NCBI GenBank assembly: GCA_025594325.1
Contig: JANHCV010000012.1
Span: 434,001 to 498,000, forward strand
Length of the DNA: 64,000 bases
Reading direction: 5' to 3'
From: Blastocladiella emersonii ATCC 22665
Taxonomy: Eukaryota > Fungi > Blastocladiomycota
Positions 33,950-44,543 of this stretch are shown here, one piece after another. Under the pieces are notes generated by a model. The model was not told the origin of the DNA. It did not search any database and worked only from the letters and a program-made list of their open reading frames with translations. The position numbers and the translations under genes are program-made. Numbering within the stretch: position 1 is the stretch's first letter; each line of letters opens with the position of its first letter.

Positions 33950-35020
33950 TCAGAGCTCGCCACGAAACGTCGCATTGACAACGCCGCCGAGCGCCGCGTC
34001 CACCTCGCACACCACCCCGCGCAGCAAGTCCGAGAAGATGAGCGACTCGGCACGGTCCACGAGCCGGAACAGCTCGGCGGGGTCGCGCACGCCGTAGTGG
34101 TCGGCGACAAATTCGGCGCGCGATCGGCGGTTCGCGTAGATCCGCGCCGCGCGCGAGGCATCGGCGGCGAGCACGGCGCGGTCGCGGTCAGCGGGGCGAA
34201 GCGGGTGGACGTGCACGCGCGTCGCCCGGGTCCAGACGAGCGGTGGCGCAGCAGGGGCGGAGGCGATCTCGATGAGGCCATTTGTCGCCAAGGGGCGTCG
34301 TTTCCGTCGACGCGAGCGTGGTGTTGATGGAGCTTGGACTAGAGGAAGCGCTGCGGGTGGTTTTAGTGGCGTGTGGCGTGTGCGCTCTGGCGGTGCGGCA
34401 GAAGCTCGGGGTCGACGCGGGGTCAACGCGATCTGCACGACCGGCGGCTCCTGCGGTTCCCGCAGCGGCGGGCGGGATTGTGGTGGGTCTAGCGGATCGT
34501 CGGTCTGGATGGCAATGGCCTGCATTGTTCTTGGAGGTTGCGGGTGTGGTAACAAGGAAGACGGCGGGAGCGGAGGTGGAAGCGTTGGCCAAGCGGGTGA
34601 TGCCGCGTTCCTACGGTCAGGCAAGCGCGCGGCCTGCTTCTGGCGCATCCGCAGCATGCGCAAGAGGCCGCCAACAGCCGGAACGTCATCTAGCAGCGGA
34701 GATGACGAAGGACGAAGCGGCTCGGACGGAGGCGACAGCAGCGGCCGTGGCGGGTCCTCCTGCTTCACAGCGACGGGCTTCTTGGTCAAGGAGACCCGCG
34801 AGCGAGGACCACGCCATCGCCGTGCCGCGAGCTGCTGCTCTCGCAGGACCCGCTGCTCCTCGACGGCGCGATCGCGCAGCCGGCGCAGACGTGCGTCGTA
34901 CGCGGCGAGCTCAATGGCGCCTGCGTTCGCGTCGCCGTCAGCGGTCCCACGAGCACCCAAGGCCCGCGGGCGGAGGCCGGTACGTGTCTGCGGCGGCTTG
35001 CTTGCTGTCAATGGATACAT
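33950..35020 (-). CDS. Unknown protein, copy B
   Basis: 356-aa open paralog of 6136-7191. Confidence 0.7.
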   Translation of the reverse strand: MYPLTASKPPQTRTGLRPRALGARGTADGDANAGAIELAAYDARLRRLRDRAVEEQRVLREQQLAARRWRGPRSRVSLTKKPVAVKQEDPPRPLLSPPSEPLRPSSSPLLDDVPAVGGLLRMLRMRQKQAARLPDRRNAASPAWPTLPPPLPPSSLLPHPQPPRTMQAIAIQTDDPLDPPQSRPPLREPQEPPVVQIALTPRRPRASAAPPERTRHTPLKPPAALPLVQAPSTPRSRRRKRRPLATNGLIEIASAPAAPPLVWTRATRVHVHPLRPADRDRAVLAADASRAARIYANRRSRAEFVADHYGVRDPAELFRLVDRAESLIFSDLLRGVVCEVDAALGGVVNATFRGEL

Positions 35021-35161
35021 TGCATGGTGTGCGTGAGGTACAGGGTGAGAGCGAGGGAGAGCGACGACGACATGAAGGACGCGTTGCGCGCGTTGCGGCC
35101 CGACCTCTCCCCGCAACGAATCCGCTCTCCATGTAAACTTGATCCAACCTGCTGCAACGCC

Positions 35162-35867
35162 ATGGGAATCGACCTCTTGATGACACCGCGCATGCGCGAC
35201 TTCTTGCTTCATGTCAACGTGAGTGAGGCGACACGCGTGACGCTCGCGCCGTTCCTCGACGACGACCACGTTCCGTTCTCGGTCCTTCTCGCATGCCACG
35301 CCGAGGCCAAGGAGCGAAGTGCTTCAGAGGACGGTGTGGTGCCGCCGTTTGACGAGCTGACTCGTGGCTCCCGCGTCTACATTGCGCCGCCAGCACCCAA
35401 GCCCAAGGTACTCTCCTTCCCGTGAGAAGGCGTCGTTACGTCGTAGAAACTGACTGCCACTCTCGAGTAGTCGCCCGAGTTGCAGCGCATCCTCGCCGCG
35501 ATCTGCGCTGAGCAGGAAGAGTTCGAGTACGAGCGGATGACGGGCCGCCGTCTTAGCGACAACGATCTGGGGGATCCCGCGCAGCTCGCCGAGGACCCAA
35601 AGGCCGTGTCCAAGGTTCTGATCGGGTCCTTCAATGTCTTCTTCACTGCCGCGTCCGTCTTTGTGGCCGTCGTGTGGATCGGGCCGACCATCTCGGACAA
35701 TGTCGCCTGGGTACGCCTTGCCGAGCAAGGAAGCGGGTTACGAGTGAATCCTAACGAGGCTCATACGATTGTAGCGCGTCATGGCCGCATTCAGCCTGGC
35801 CATGATCATCCTCGCCGGCGAGGGGTGGCTCGCGTACCGTAGCGCGTTTCAGCGAAAAATGGAGTAG
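35162..35867 (+). CDS. VMA12: Vma12/TMEM199-like, copy B (introns 35408-35470, 35711-35774)
   Basis: Canonical GT-AG introns; the spliced ORF is intact and ends RKME. Confidence 0.85.
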
Positions 35868-36343
35868 CTTGCCCTCATCTGTACGTTTCCGAGAGCTTCA
35901 TCCTTCTCTTCATTGTCAGGACCGTGCCCAGGAGGCCGAGCGGCTCGATCCGTCTCAAGAGCGCGGCAGGGGTTAGCGAGCCGGACGGAAGATCGAAAGC
36001 AAAATGAGAGCGGCGACTCCGTCGAGCGCAGGATCATGTCTCGCAATCGCGGCGTGACATCGGCGTGACCGTGTTTTGACTTAATCGCGGGCCGAGCACA
36101 TTTCACGCGGCCATCGTATGAAAGCCGAGACCTGCTCTGCGCAGCATCAGACTATCCGCGCGTCAAGCCAGCCTGTCGCAAGCATTCTGGTTCGATAGAT
36201 CAAGAAACAGGGCTGTATTTTGATAGAACGCCCACGCCTTCTCAAACTCTTCCGCTCAGTCGCGGGCGGTTATATCACACACACAACAATCACACGAGAA
36301 AATGTTCAAGACGGCAATCACACGGGGAGAGGGCCACCATAAC

Positions 36344-36772
36344 TTACTGGCGGACCCAGGTCTTGGACTTGGCGGGGATCGGGGCCACGTCCGACTGGGC
36401 GCCCGAGGCGCTGATGAGCTTGCAGCCGCCGAGCACCGACACGTTCATGTCGCGCGACTTGGACGAGCACGACCAGGTCTGCGAGATGGTCCACGACGGG
36501 TTCATCCAGTAGCTGACCGTCAGGCCGTCGGTCTTGGGGTCGTACGACCACTCGCCCTCGCCGCGCACAGCGACGCACGGCATGGTGTTGCACGGCAGCG
36601 TCGACATGACGATGAGCTTGCCCGTCGGGTCGAACGTGGCCTTGTGCGTGTTGGTCACCTGGTACGTGGCCGGGACGGGGAACGGCGCGGCGTAGATCGG
36701 GGGCGGGATGGCCGTGGCCGAGACCATGGCAACGAGGGCCAGGACAAGCACGAGGAGAGCGGCAACGTTCAT
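36344..36772 (-). CDS. Small secreted Cys-containing protein (142 aa)
   Basis: Signal-peptide-like MNVAALLVLVLALVAMVSA, 4 Cys in the mature part, strong GC3 codon bias, no intron. Confidence 0.75.
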   Translation of the reverse strand: MNVAALLVLVLALVAMVSATAIPPPIYAAPFPVPATYQVTNTHKATFDPTGKLIVMSTLPCNTMPCVAVRGEGEWSYDPKTDGLTVSYWMNPSWTISQTWSCSSKSRDMNVSVLGGCKLISASGAQSDVAPIPAKSKTWVRQ

Positions 36773-38975
36773 GGTGTTCGGAGGGGGATGGGCTTGGATG
36801 TCGTGCGGAGGGCTGACTGGTAAGGATCGACGGGATGGAGGGCGGGGGAGCCGGCCGGTCTTTAGAGTCTCGCGCTCTCGCCACACGCGCAGCTGCTGCG
36901 GCTGCGCTTGAACGTGTTCGGCACGTCGCGGCGGCAAAAGCTGGCATGATCGATGCGACGCGAGCCAGAGAAAGCAACTGTGAGCCGCAGCGACTGCATT
37001 GAACTGCCTCGATTTGGCGACGTTGGGGCTGCTTCACAGGACGCGAAGAAGTCAGCTTGGAGTTCACTGGATCTGGTGGCCGGAAGCGAGTGGTGGCGCA
37101 GCACGCGCGCACGCGCTCGAGTTTCAAACCGAGTCCTCGCTGGGCGCTTTCCTGCGTGCTCCACTCCCAACCTTGAACGAAAATGGAAAGCCAATCTGCA
37201 GGTTGCGTTTGAGCCGTGCGGTGGGCCTTTCGGTGCAGCTAAAATGAGAGAGCGAGGCGTCGAGTGCCGAGGAGCGAGAATGAATGCATTTCGTTGCTCG
37301 GTTGTTCCTCGCGGGAGACCTGATGGGGAGAAACCAGCGGGTGGAAAGTGGCGCAGTCAAACGCACGTGCAGTTAACCATCGCGTGGTGCGCCTCCCACT
37401 AAGCTCACCAGAGCGATCGCTCATGACGCGCCCCTCTGCGCTACTTTGCGAGCAGCTCAGGAGCGTTGGTACGACCGACCTGTTCCGATGGCCGCTATCG
37501 AAGTTAACTCGAGCTAAGACACAGTAATCATCAAGGGCCACTTGGACCACGTCGCATCGGTCCAGGCCGCAAGCACGCTTCGTAACACGCGCTCTGTGAG
37601 GGTGGTTAATTGTGAAGTCGTCAAGGCGTGGCGACGCGACCTCACGCGGCGGTTTGTCGGTCGAACTCGTGTACTATACGCTTCAGAAAACCTGTACGAC
37701 GATCTACGCTGTGTCCTTTGCGGGAGGGGAGATAACCCTACAGCGTGCGACGGCCACGCCGGTCGCAAGGCCATGGTCGTGGCCAAGAGCACGGACAGTG
37801 TCTGTACCGTGGTCAGAGCGCCCGAGTGGTAAGTCAACTTTGTGCGTGAAAGGGGTCGAAGTCCAGTGTTCGACACTCCCACCGGTTCACTAAGCCCCGG
37901 GCTGGCGAAGACGACAACACGACAATCTAGCGGACATCCTTTTGCCACTTTCGCTGGCTCGCGCATTTCGCTGGACCAGATGGTACAACCCCGTTGCCCT
38001 TTTCACAAAGATTTTACAAGTGCATTTCTTCAGCGAAACGCGTCGCCGACGTGGGTGCGAGGCTTAGGTGCGAGACTCGGGTGCGAGACGCGTCGCAAAA
38101 TCACCTGATCGCGGACGCCACGTACGGTGCGTCCTCAAGGCGCGTCGTCGTCGCCAGTCCCACCTTTCTGCTTCTCTCCAGCGACAGCGAACCGTACTAC
38201 GCCGTTGATCCTGTTAGGATTTGGGGTCCGGTCCCGACCTCAGCTGGCCTGTCTCCCAGCCCGCGTGAGACAGACGCGTGATCACGCGTCCCTCACGCGG
38301 CCGCACAAGGCCCCGAGCCAGGACGCGTGTCGCGTCTCTCACCGCCCGCGGCGCGCACCAACGCGTCCGCCGGCGCCGCCCCGCTGTACATAACCCAGCG
38401 GGTCCCCACTAGCGAGGAGGGGACTTCGAATACACATCGTTGAGCCGTGATCCCCGTCTTAACACGAGCCGCTAGAGTGCACTGACTGTTGGGTTCGCTT
38501 CGCGCTTCTTGCGCGCTGCAGCTCGCCTCTGAGCACGCCCAGGGTGAGCCCAATGTTTGGACTTGGTTCTCGCACGTGAGCCGAGATAAGGGCGCTAACC
38601 GCGCGGCTGATGCTGGACCAAACCTGCTCCGCGCTCTTGGCCTACCGTTCCATATCCCTCTTGGCCAGCTTGGTGGTCATGCAGTTCTCGGGCAGCGACA
38701 GCGCCGTGAAAGTGCGCTTGAGCTTGCGCGCAGCAACCCCTTGAGCGGTTGTCTGGATGAGCTACGGACAAGCGCGTGAGAGTGGAACGCACCCTGCAGG
38801 ACAAGTCATACCTAGTCGGTCGAGCTTTTGGCGGTACAAAGCCGCGAGAGCTTGGCTGTTGGCCCGAGCATCACGCGCGCGCGTCGCGCCAATCGCGCTA
38901 CATTTCTCACCGCCGCGAACGTGGGCGTCCGCGCCTGGCCGCAGCTGGTGACTCGCCGCCTGCTCCCCGTTGCCC

Positions 38976-40558
38976 TCAAAAGGTGGCCGCACCCCCGCCG
39001 CGAACGTGAGCTCTCTTAAGCTCACGTTTCCGGAGCATACAGGTGTGCGCGGCCTCCTCGCCCTCTTTTTCCCTCTTGTTTCCTCTCCATCTTGTCCCCC
39101 ATCTTTCGCCCGAATAAAGCTCACGTTTCCGGATCATACAGTTGTTTGACAGATTTAGTTCCTGAAGCGCAGGGAGCCGAGCTGTAGCAGGGTTCGGCTT
39201 GAACACAGCGAGAGTAGTATCATCCGATCGCTGAATATGAGCACGAAAGTCGACAGTGTTGTTTTCGCTGAGATCGAGATGTGCGAGGTTGGGGAATTCC
39301 GTGCCATGTACAAGGGAAGCTGCACCCATTGGACCAATGCCGCACGTCAACGCTGTAAGTCGCTCGATTGTCTTGGGTAATTTCTGCACAATGGCAAAGA
39401 AGCCTCAAGCACCAATCTTGTTGTCAGAAATATCCAAAGCAGTGAGTTGTGCAGGAAAGCGTCGGGCAATGCGATTAGCGCCAATGTGCGTAAGCTCATT
39501 ACCGTTGAGCTTCAGCATTTTGAGGCCCGAGGGGAGTGCGCGCGCCAACGAGGTGGCATCCTCGTCACCGAGTTGACAGTTCGAAATTGAGTTCAAGCAG
39601 ATTCGAGGGAGCCCCACGAGCGAGCATATTAATTGTAGACACGCTGATAGTGCACGACGACAGGTGAAGCGATTGAAGCCCCGGCGGTAAGAATTCGAGA
39701 TGAGCGCAGAGGGGAGCGTCGGTCAAGTCTTCGTCTGCAATGGAAAGCGACAAGAGCGATGCAGGAAGCCAGTCAGTTGCGGGAGAGCCGCAGCCAACAT
39801 CAAGTCGATTTGCGTGCAACTTGAGCGATTGAAGGGACGAAGGAAACTGGAGCGAGCAGAAACGTGTCCAGTTAAGGTCTGACGCAACAAAATGGGCCTG
39901 GGTGATCGGAGCTCGAGCCATGGCATCGTTGAGAAGGCCAATACCGCTCGAACTGAGCCGCGCGCGATGGAATTCTACTCGTGTGGTAGGCTGCGTGGTT
40001 GTCCACTCAAATATTTGTTTTGCCTGGGCATCACCAGCGGCCTTAGTGACGCCAGGCATCTACATGGAAGAGGGTTAGCACCTGGATCCAGAAGTGCCAC
40101 AGCTGAGGCAGTTGTACGGGAGGTTTGTAGCTTGGGATGCCAAGAAGCGCCCTGGCCCAAGCAGTCTCCAAGCCACGATGTTGCAGCACGAATCCCGAGT
40201 CGCGCCACCATTCAAAGACGCGGTAGTGTCGGAAGATTTCGGCGTGCTTCAGTGCCTCGACGGTATGATCAAGCGGAAGGCCAAAGTGGCGGAGGGCCTG
40301 TAGCAGGTCCGTGCAACCCAAAATCGTCGCCTCGTCGGCCGAGACACGTTCCAGTTGCTTACGAATCGCCTGCATGACGCCCGGAATCCGATCGGCGGGC
40401 ATGACGCGAGCATACTCGAGCATCGGCCCGAGCTCGGTCGGTTCATGCAACATCACGGCCTCGGCCAGAATTTGGTTCAGGACCTCGGGTATAGCTAGCT
40501 TTATGTTTTGCATCAAGTCCATTTGCTCCATGGTGGGTGGTGGCGCCGGAGTTGGCAT
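38976..40558 (-). pseudogene. F-box-like/ankyrin-like/LRR pseudogene
   Basis: IPEVLNQILAEAV, FEWWRDSG, an intron after WIQ, then LRRs. Frameshift near 39585 (ELN/SNCQLGDEDA) and in-frame TGA at 39405-39407. Confidence 0.8.
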
Positions 40559-40653
40559 CGTGCGCGAAAGGCGGCGACCGATCGGGCGACGGCTTGTGTT
40601 TTGTTTGGCCCTGCGCTCGTGAGCGGTCCTCGCTCTCCTGAAGCTGCCTCGCC

Positions 40654-42455
40654 ATGAAAACGCATGAAGTCATGAGCTCCACTTCGCTATCTATACCGCA
40701 CATCATCGAGGCCATCCTCTGCTACGCCGTGTGGGCCCACCCGTCCGCACAGGACACTCGCGGCCTCGCCTACTACGCCCGTGTGCTGCGCGTGCACGAT
40801 ATCCCGCGAGTACACCAAGCGATACTGCTGCGTTCGCCGGTGCTTACGTTGCGGCATGCTATTCTCCACGGTAATGCACCGCTGCTCGCAAAATGGTCGA
40901 GCAGTGGGCTGCCGAAGCGGGCCAAGTCAACCGACATCGTCCCTGCGATCAAGAAAGGCTTACTCGTGTCGCTTGAATGGTACCGCGAGTCGGGGCTTTC
41001 CGTAAGCAGCCTCGATAGCTTGAACGTAAAGACACGTGCTGCGCTCGGCATCGGCGGCGTGATCAAGGGCGCGTACGAGCGCATCGCAGTCAACTCGGCC
41101 ATCATGTCTGCACTCGAGGGTCTCGAGGCGGGAGCTACCGCCAAGCTCGACTTGAGCCGCCAGCCCATCAATACGGCGGGGATCAAGGTTCTCAACGCTG
41201 CCCTGGAACGATCACCATCCCCTCCCACCTCGCTCTCATTTGCTTCGAGCACCATCGACTTGCCACGTCTCCTCACGTTGCGGATTCCAGCTTCGGTTCA
41301 CGACCTTGACTTCAGCGACACTTGGTTTGCGCGCGACATACTCGGCCCCGACTCGCTCTCTGGATGGTCGTTCCCGCCACGGCTGCGCTCTCTTTCGCTC
41401 CAAAGTTGCATTCTACCGCCCGGTGGTGCAGCAGCTCTATTTCGTGACCTTCCGAGCACTCTGACAACGCTTGATGTCGCGGACTGCCAGCTTGGCAATG
41501 AAGCGACGCTTCAAGTTGTATAAGCGCTCCCATTGCTCGCTCGTCTCAACCTGAGCAACAACGATTTGACTTCTATGGGCTTGCTACAAATCTCTCGGCA
41601 CTTTGGCAATTCCTTGCAGCAGGTCAACATTTCGAGGAACGGCAACCTCGGCTATCGAGCTGACAACTCGACCACTCCTTGGCAATTCCCGGCCTCGCTC
41701 GTTGACCTTGATGTGAGCAAGACTGAGCTTGGGTCAAAAGGCGCAAAGGTGCTCGTATCTTCTCTTCCAGCGGGTCTTCTGTGCCTCCGCACTTCCAGTG
41801 CGGACTTGTGTGAGGCGAGCATCTCAACCCTTGCTGCGGCGATCCCACCGTCGCTCACGTATCTCGACCTACGGGGTAACTGGATGAGCGAGCGGCATTT
41901 GATCAATCTCCTGACCGCGCTCCCGCCCTCACTCGAGTCGCTGCACCTTGGACTTTTGGATGTGTCATCCAATCGTTACGAGTTGCTCCTTCCCAAACAT
42001 CTTCCCAGGCAGCTTCGCTGTCTCGCAATCGAACATGTGAGTCTCGGCCGGTCTGGCACCACGGCGCTCGCTAAGTCGATGCCTCCAAAGCTCGAGATTC
42101 TTCGCTTGCAGAAGCTGGTGTCCACGACTGGGCAATGAACGAGTTTGCGCGTGCGTTGCCATCAAGCTTGACTTCACTCGTACTCAAGGGCAACCGAGGC
42201 ATTTCAGACTACGGCGCCGAGCAGCTCGCGTTGCACCTTCCTCCGCACCTTGGCACCTTGGACCTCCGCGAGACGCGAGTTCGTGACCGCGGCCAAGCTT
42301 TGATTCGTGCCGTGGTACCGCCCACCTTGATCGAGCTGTTGTTTTGCGCCGCGAGCTCCAGCGACAGTGATAGCGAGGATGAAGGCTTGGATGAGAGCGA
42401 CTCTGACGACTTTGAAAGTGAGGGCGGCTCCACCGATTCTGACGACAGCGATTAA
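40654..42455 (+). pseudogene. F-box-like/ankyrin-like/LRR pseudogene with acidic tail
   Basis: IPHIIEAILCYAV, LEWYRESG and many LRRs. In-frame TAA at 41521-41523, frameshift near 42120-42135, Asp/Ser/Glu-rich C-terminus. Confidence 0.82.
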
Positions 42456-42830
42456 ACGGCATTGACACTCGTGAAATTCGGTGGCGCTCACACGCTGCAA
42501 TGCATTGCCAAATGATGTTGCTTGCCTTCCCCGACTAGCTGCACTGCTCGCTCTGGACCGCCTCGACGCGTGCAATCGAGGCACCTGCGCATCTATCTCC
42601 CCTAACCCTCCCGTCCCCTATACAATTTCCGTGCTAAATGCTGTGTCGCAAAACAAAAACTCGGAAAGTGCGACCCGTGCGTGGAAACTTGCACGCGCGC
42701 GCCAAGGAAGCAGCGTGCGAGACGCGTTCGGAAAACACGTGAGGTTCAGCTGCGCGATCGACGCGTCTTCGCCTCGCCCTTCCCGCCCACCCTCCCTCCT
42801 CCCACCGAACAGCGACTCCCTGCAACCACC

Positions 42831-44376
42831 ATGAAACGCAAGAAGACTCAGCGCAAACTCGACGCCAAGGCCGCCGACCCGCCCGGGAACTTGCCCGTGT
42901 ACCCGCAGGGCCACCCGCGCAACCCGTACACGCACACGCCGCCCGACTTTGCCGCGCTCGCGGAGAAGGATACCCGGCTGGCGTCGTTCCTGATCCCGAT
43001 TCCGGCTACGGAGGGCGAGCAGAAGGCGGATGGCCGCGTGACCGTCGACTTTGGACGGGCCGACGCGACGGTCGCGGCCACGCAGGCGCTCCTGCGGTGC
43101 GACTGGGGGCTCGATGTCGAAGTGCCCGAGAAGACCCTGTGTCCGACGGTGCGCATTGATGATCTCCATTGGCGTGAGCGGGGACTTACGCGTCGTGAAA
43201 TTAGGTGTCGAGCCGGCTCAACTACCTGCTCGAGATCCAAGACCTGGTGCGGTGGGCGGGCCACGACTCTGCTTCGCCAGCCCATATTCTCGACATGTAC
43301 GCTCACCTTTGACCCATCCCTCACGCATTCACTTACTCGCAACCGTAGCGGCACTGGGTACACGGCCATCTACCCGCTCCTCGGCGCGCGGATCGACACG
43401 TCGTGGCGGTTCACGGGCACCGACATCGACGCGGACACGCTCGCTGCAGCCGCAGCAAACGTCGAGCGCAACGGGCTGGGCGACCGGATTACCCTGCTCC
43501 CCGCGCGCGACGCGTCGGGCCCCTTTTTCCCGCCCGACGTCCCGTTCACCGTGGCCATGTGCAACCCGCCGTACTACGCGTCAAATGCGGAGCGTGTGGC
43601 CCGCGCCGCGGTCAAGGCGACGGCGCACGCGGCGACGCTGGGTACCGACATGCAGCTCGTGACCGAGGGCGGCGAGGTGGCGTTTGTGCGGCGGATGATG
43701 CGCGAGTCGAAAGAGCACAGCAGTGGGGACGGGAAGAAAACGACGCTGTACACGTCGCTGGTCGGGGTCAAGGCGACGGTCCAGGCGCTGCGCACGGTCG
43801 CGGCCGAGCTCGAGGTACGCTTTCATGATCTTGCTCACATTCGTTGGCAAGAAGCCAACGGTTGACCGAGTGTAGACGACCACGTTCCAGGTGCGCACGC
43901 TGCGTCAAGGCACGACGGTGCGGTGGGTCATCGCGTGGTCGTTCGACCCGACGCTCGCGACGCCCGCGACGGTCAAGCTCCTGTGGGCCGATCCGTCCAT
44001 GTACGATCCCAAGATGGACACGTCGTTCGTGCTCAAGTACGGCGGTGTGCGACGCACCATCGTGCGTGGCGAATCGGACGCGAAAGCGCGCGGCGCGGTC
44101 GCAGTCACGACGGCCGACGGGACCCTCGCGCAGGCGACGTGGACGCGCGAGAACAAGCGGGCGCGCAAGCGGTGGATGTACTTCACCGAGGAGGAGGCGC
44201 CGACGGGCGACGGCCCGCGGGTCCGGATCTGGTGGTCGTCTGCGGTCGAGGGGCGGTACACGGCGATCTGGGTCTGCGCGCGGTACACCGAGCAGTACGT
44301 CCACTCGTTCTACACGTGGTTCAAGGGCACGGTCAACGCTCCGACGCATGAAGAATATGGAGACGACTGGTGCTGA
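42831..44376 (+). CDS. METTL16: METTL16/RlmF-family RNA m6A methyltransferase (3 introns)
   Basis: HPRNPY, PDFAALA, LCPT/VSSRLNYL, ILDI/GTGYTAIYPLLG, MCNPPYY, GGEVAFV, LYTSLVG, QGTTVRWVIAWSF. Confidence 0.92.
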
Positions 44377-44543
44377 TGGCAACGTGGGGTGGCGGGGATA
44401 ATTTGCACAATATATAAATGTTTCGCAGCATCACATGGTGGCGCGACGCGTGACACGTCCCGTTCAATCGCGAAACACGACGTCCTCCATACACTCATAG
44501 ACGCAATAGACGCCATGAATCGATAGAACTAGATGCAACCACC

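Larger units (their letters stand above)
29530..36080. repeat. Segmental duplication copy B (inverted; interrupted by the rolling-circle element)
   Basis: Reverse complement of 5081-9575. It lacks roughly 1.1 kb (ALKBH1 3' half and downstream sequence) and carries a 3,127-bp insertion. Confidence 0.92.

Noticed and set aside
37239-38393. ORFs between the secreted protein and the LRR pseudogene
   Set aside because: Short, no codon bias or motif, and multiple stops in the most plausible frame; no family recognised.
7565-42138. Alternative genetic code or stop-codon readthrough to explain the many in-frame stops
   Set aside because: The stops are a mix of TAA, TAG and TGA and co-occur with frameshifts. 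Paralogs show sense codons at the same sites, and conserved genes end at ordinary stops.
42831-44376. Functional link between METTL16 (m6A writer) and the ALKBH1 pseudogenes
   Set aside because: Eukaryotic neighbours 9-35 kb apart with no shared regulatory evidence; likely coincidental.
44430-44460. ACGCGT (MCB) or E2F-like GGCGCG promoter sites upstream of genes
   Set aside because: CGCG words are ubiquitous at this GC content, and enrichment cannot be judged by eye.
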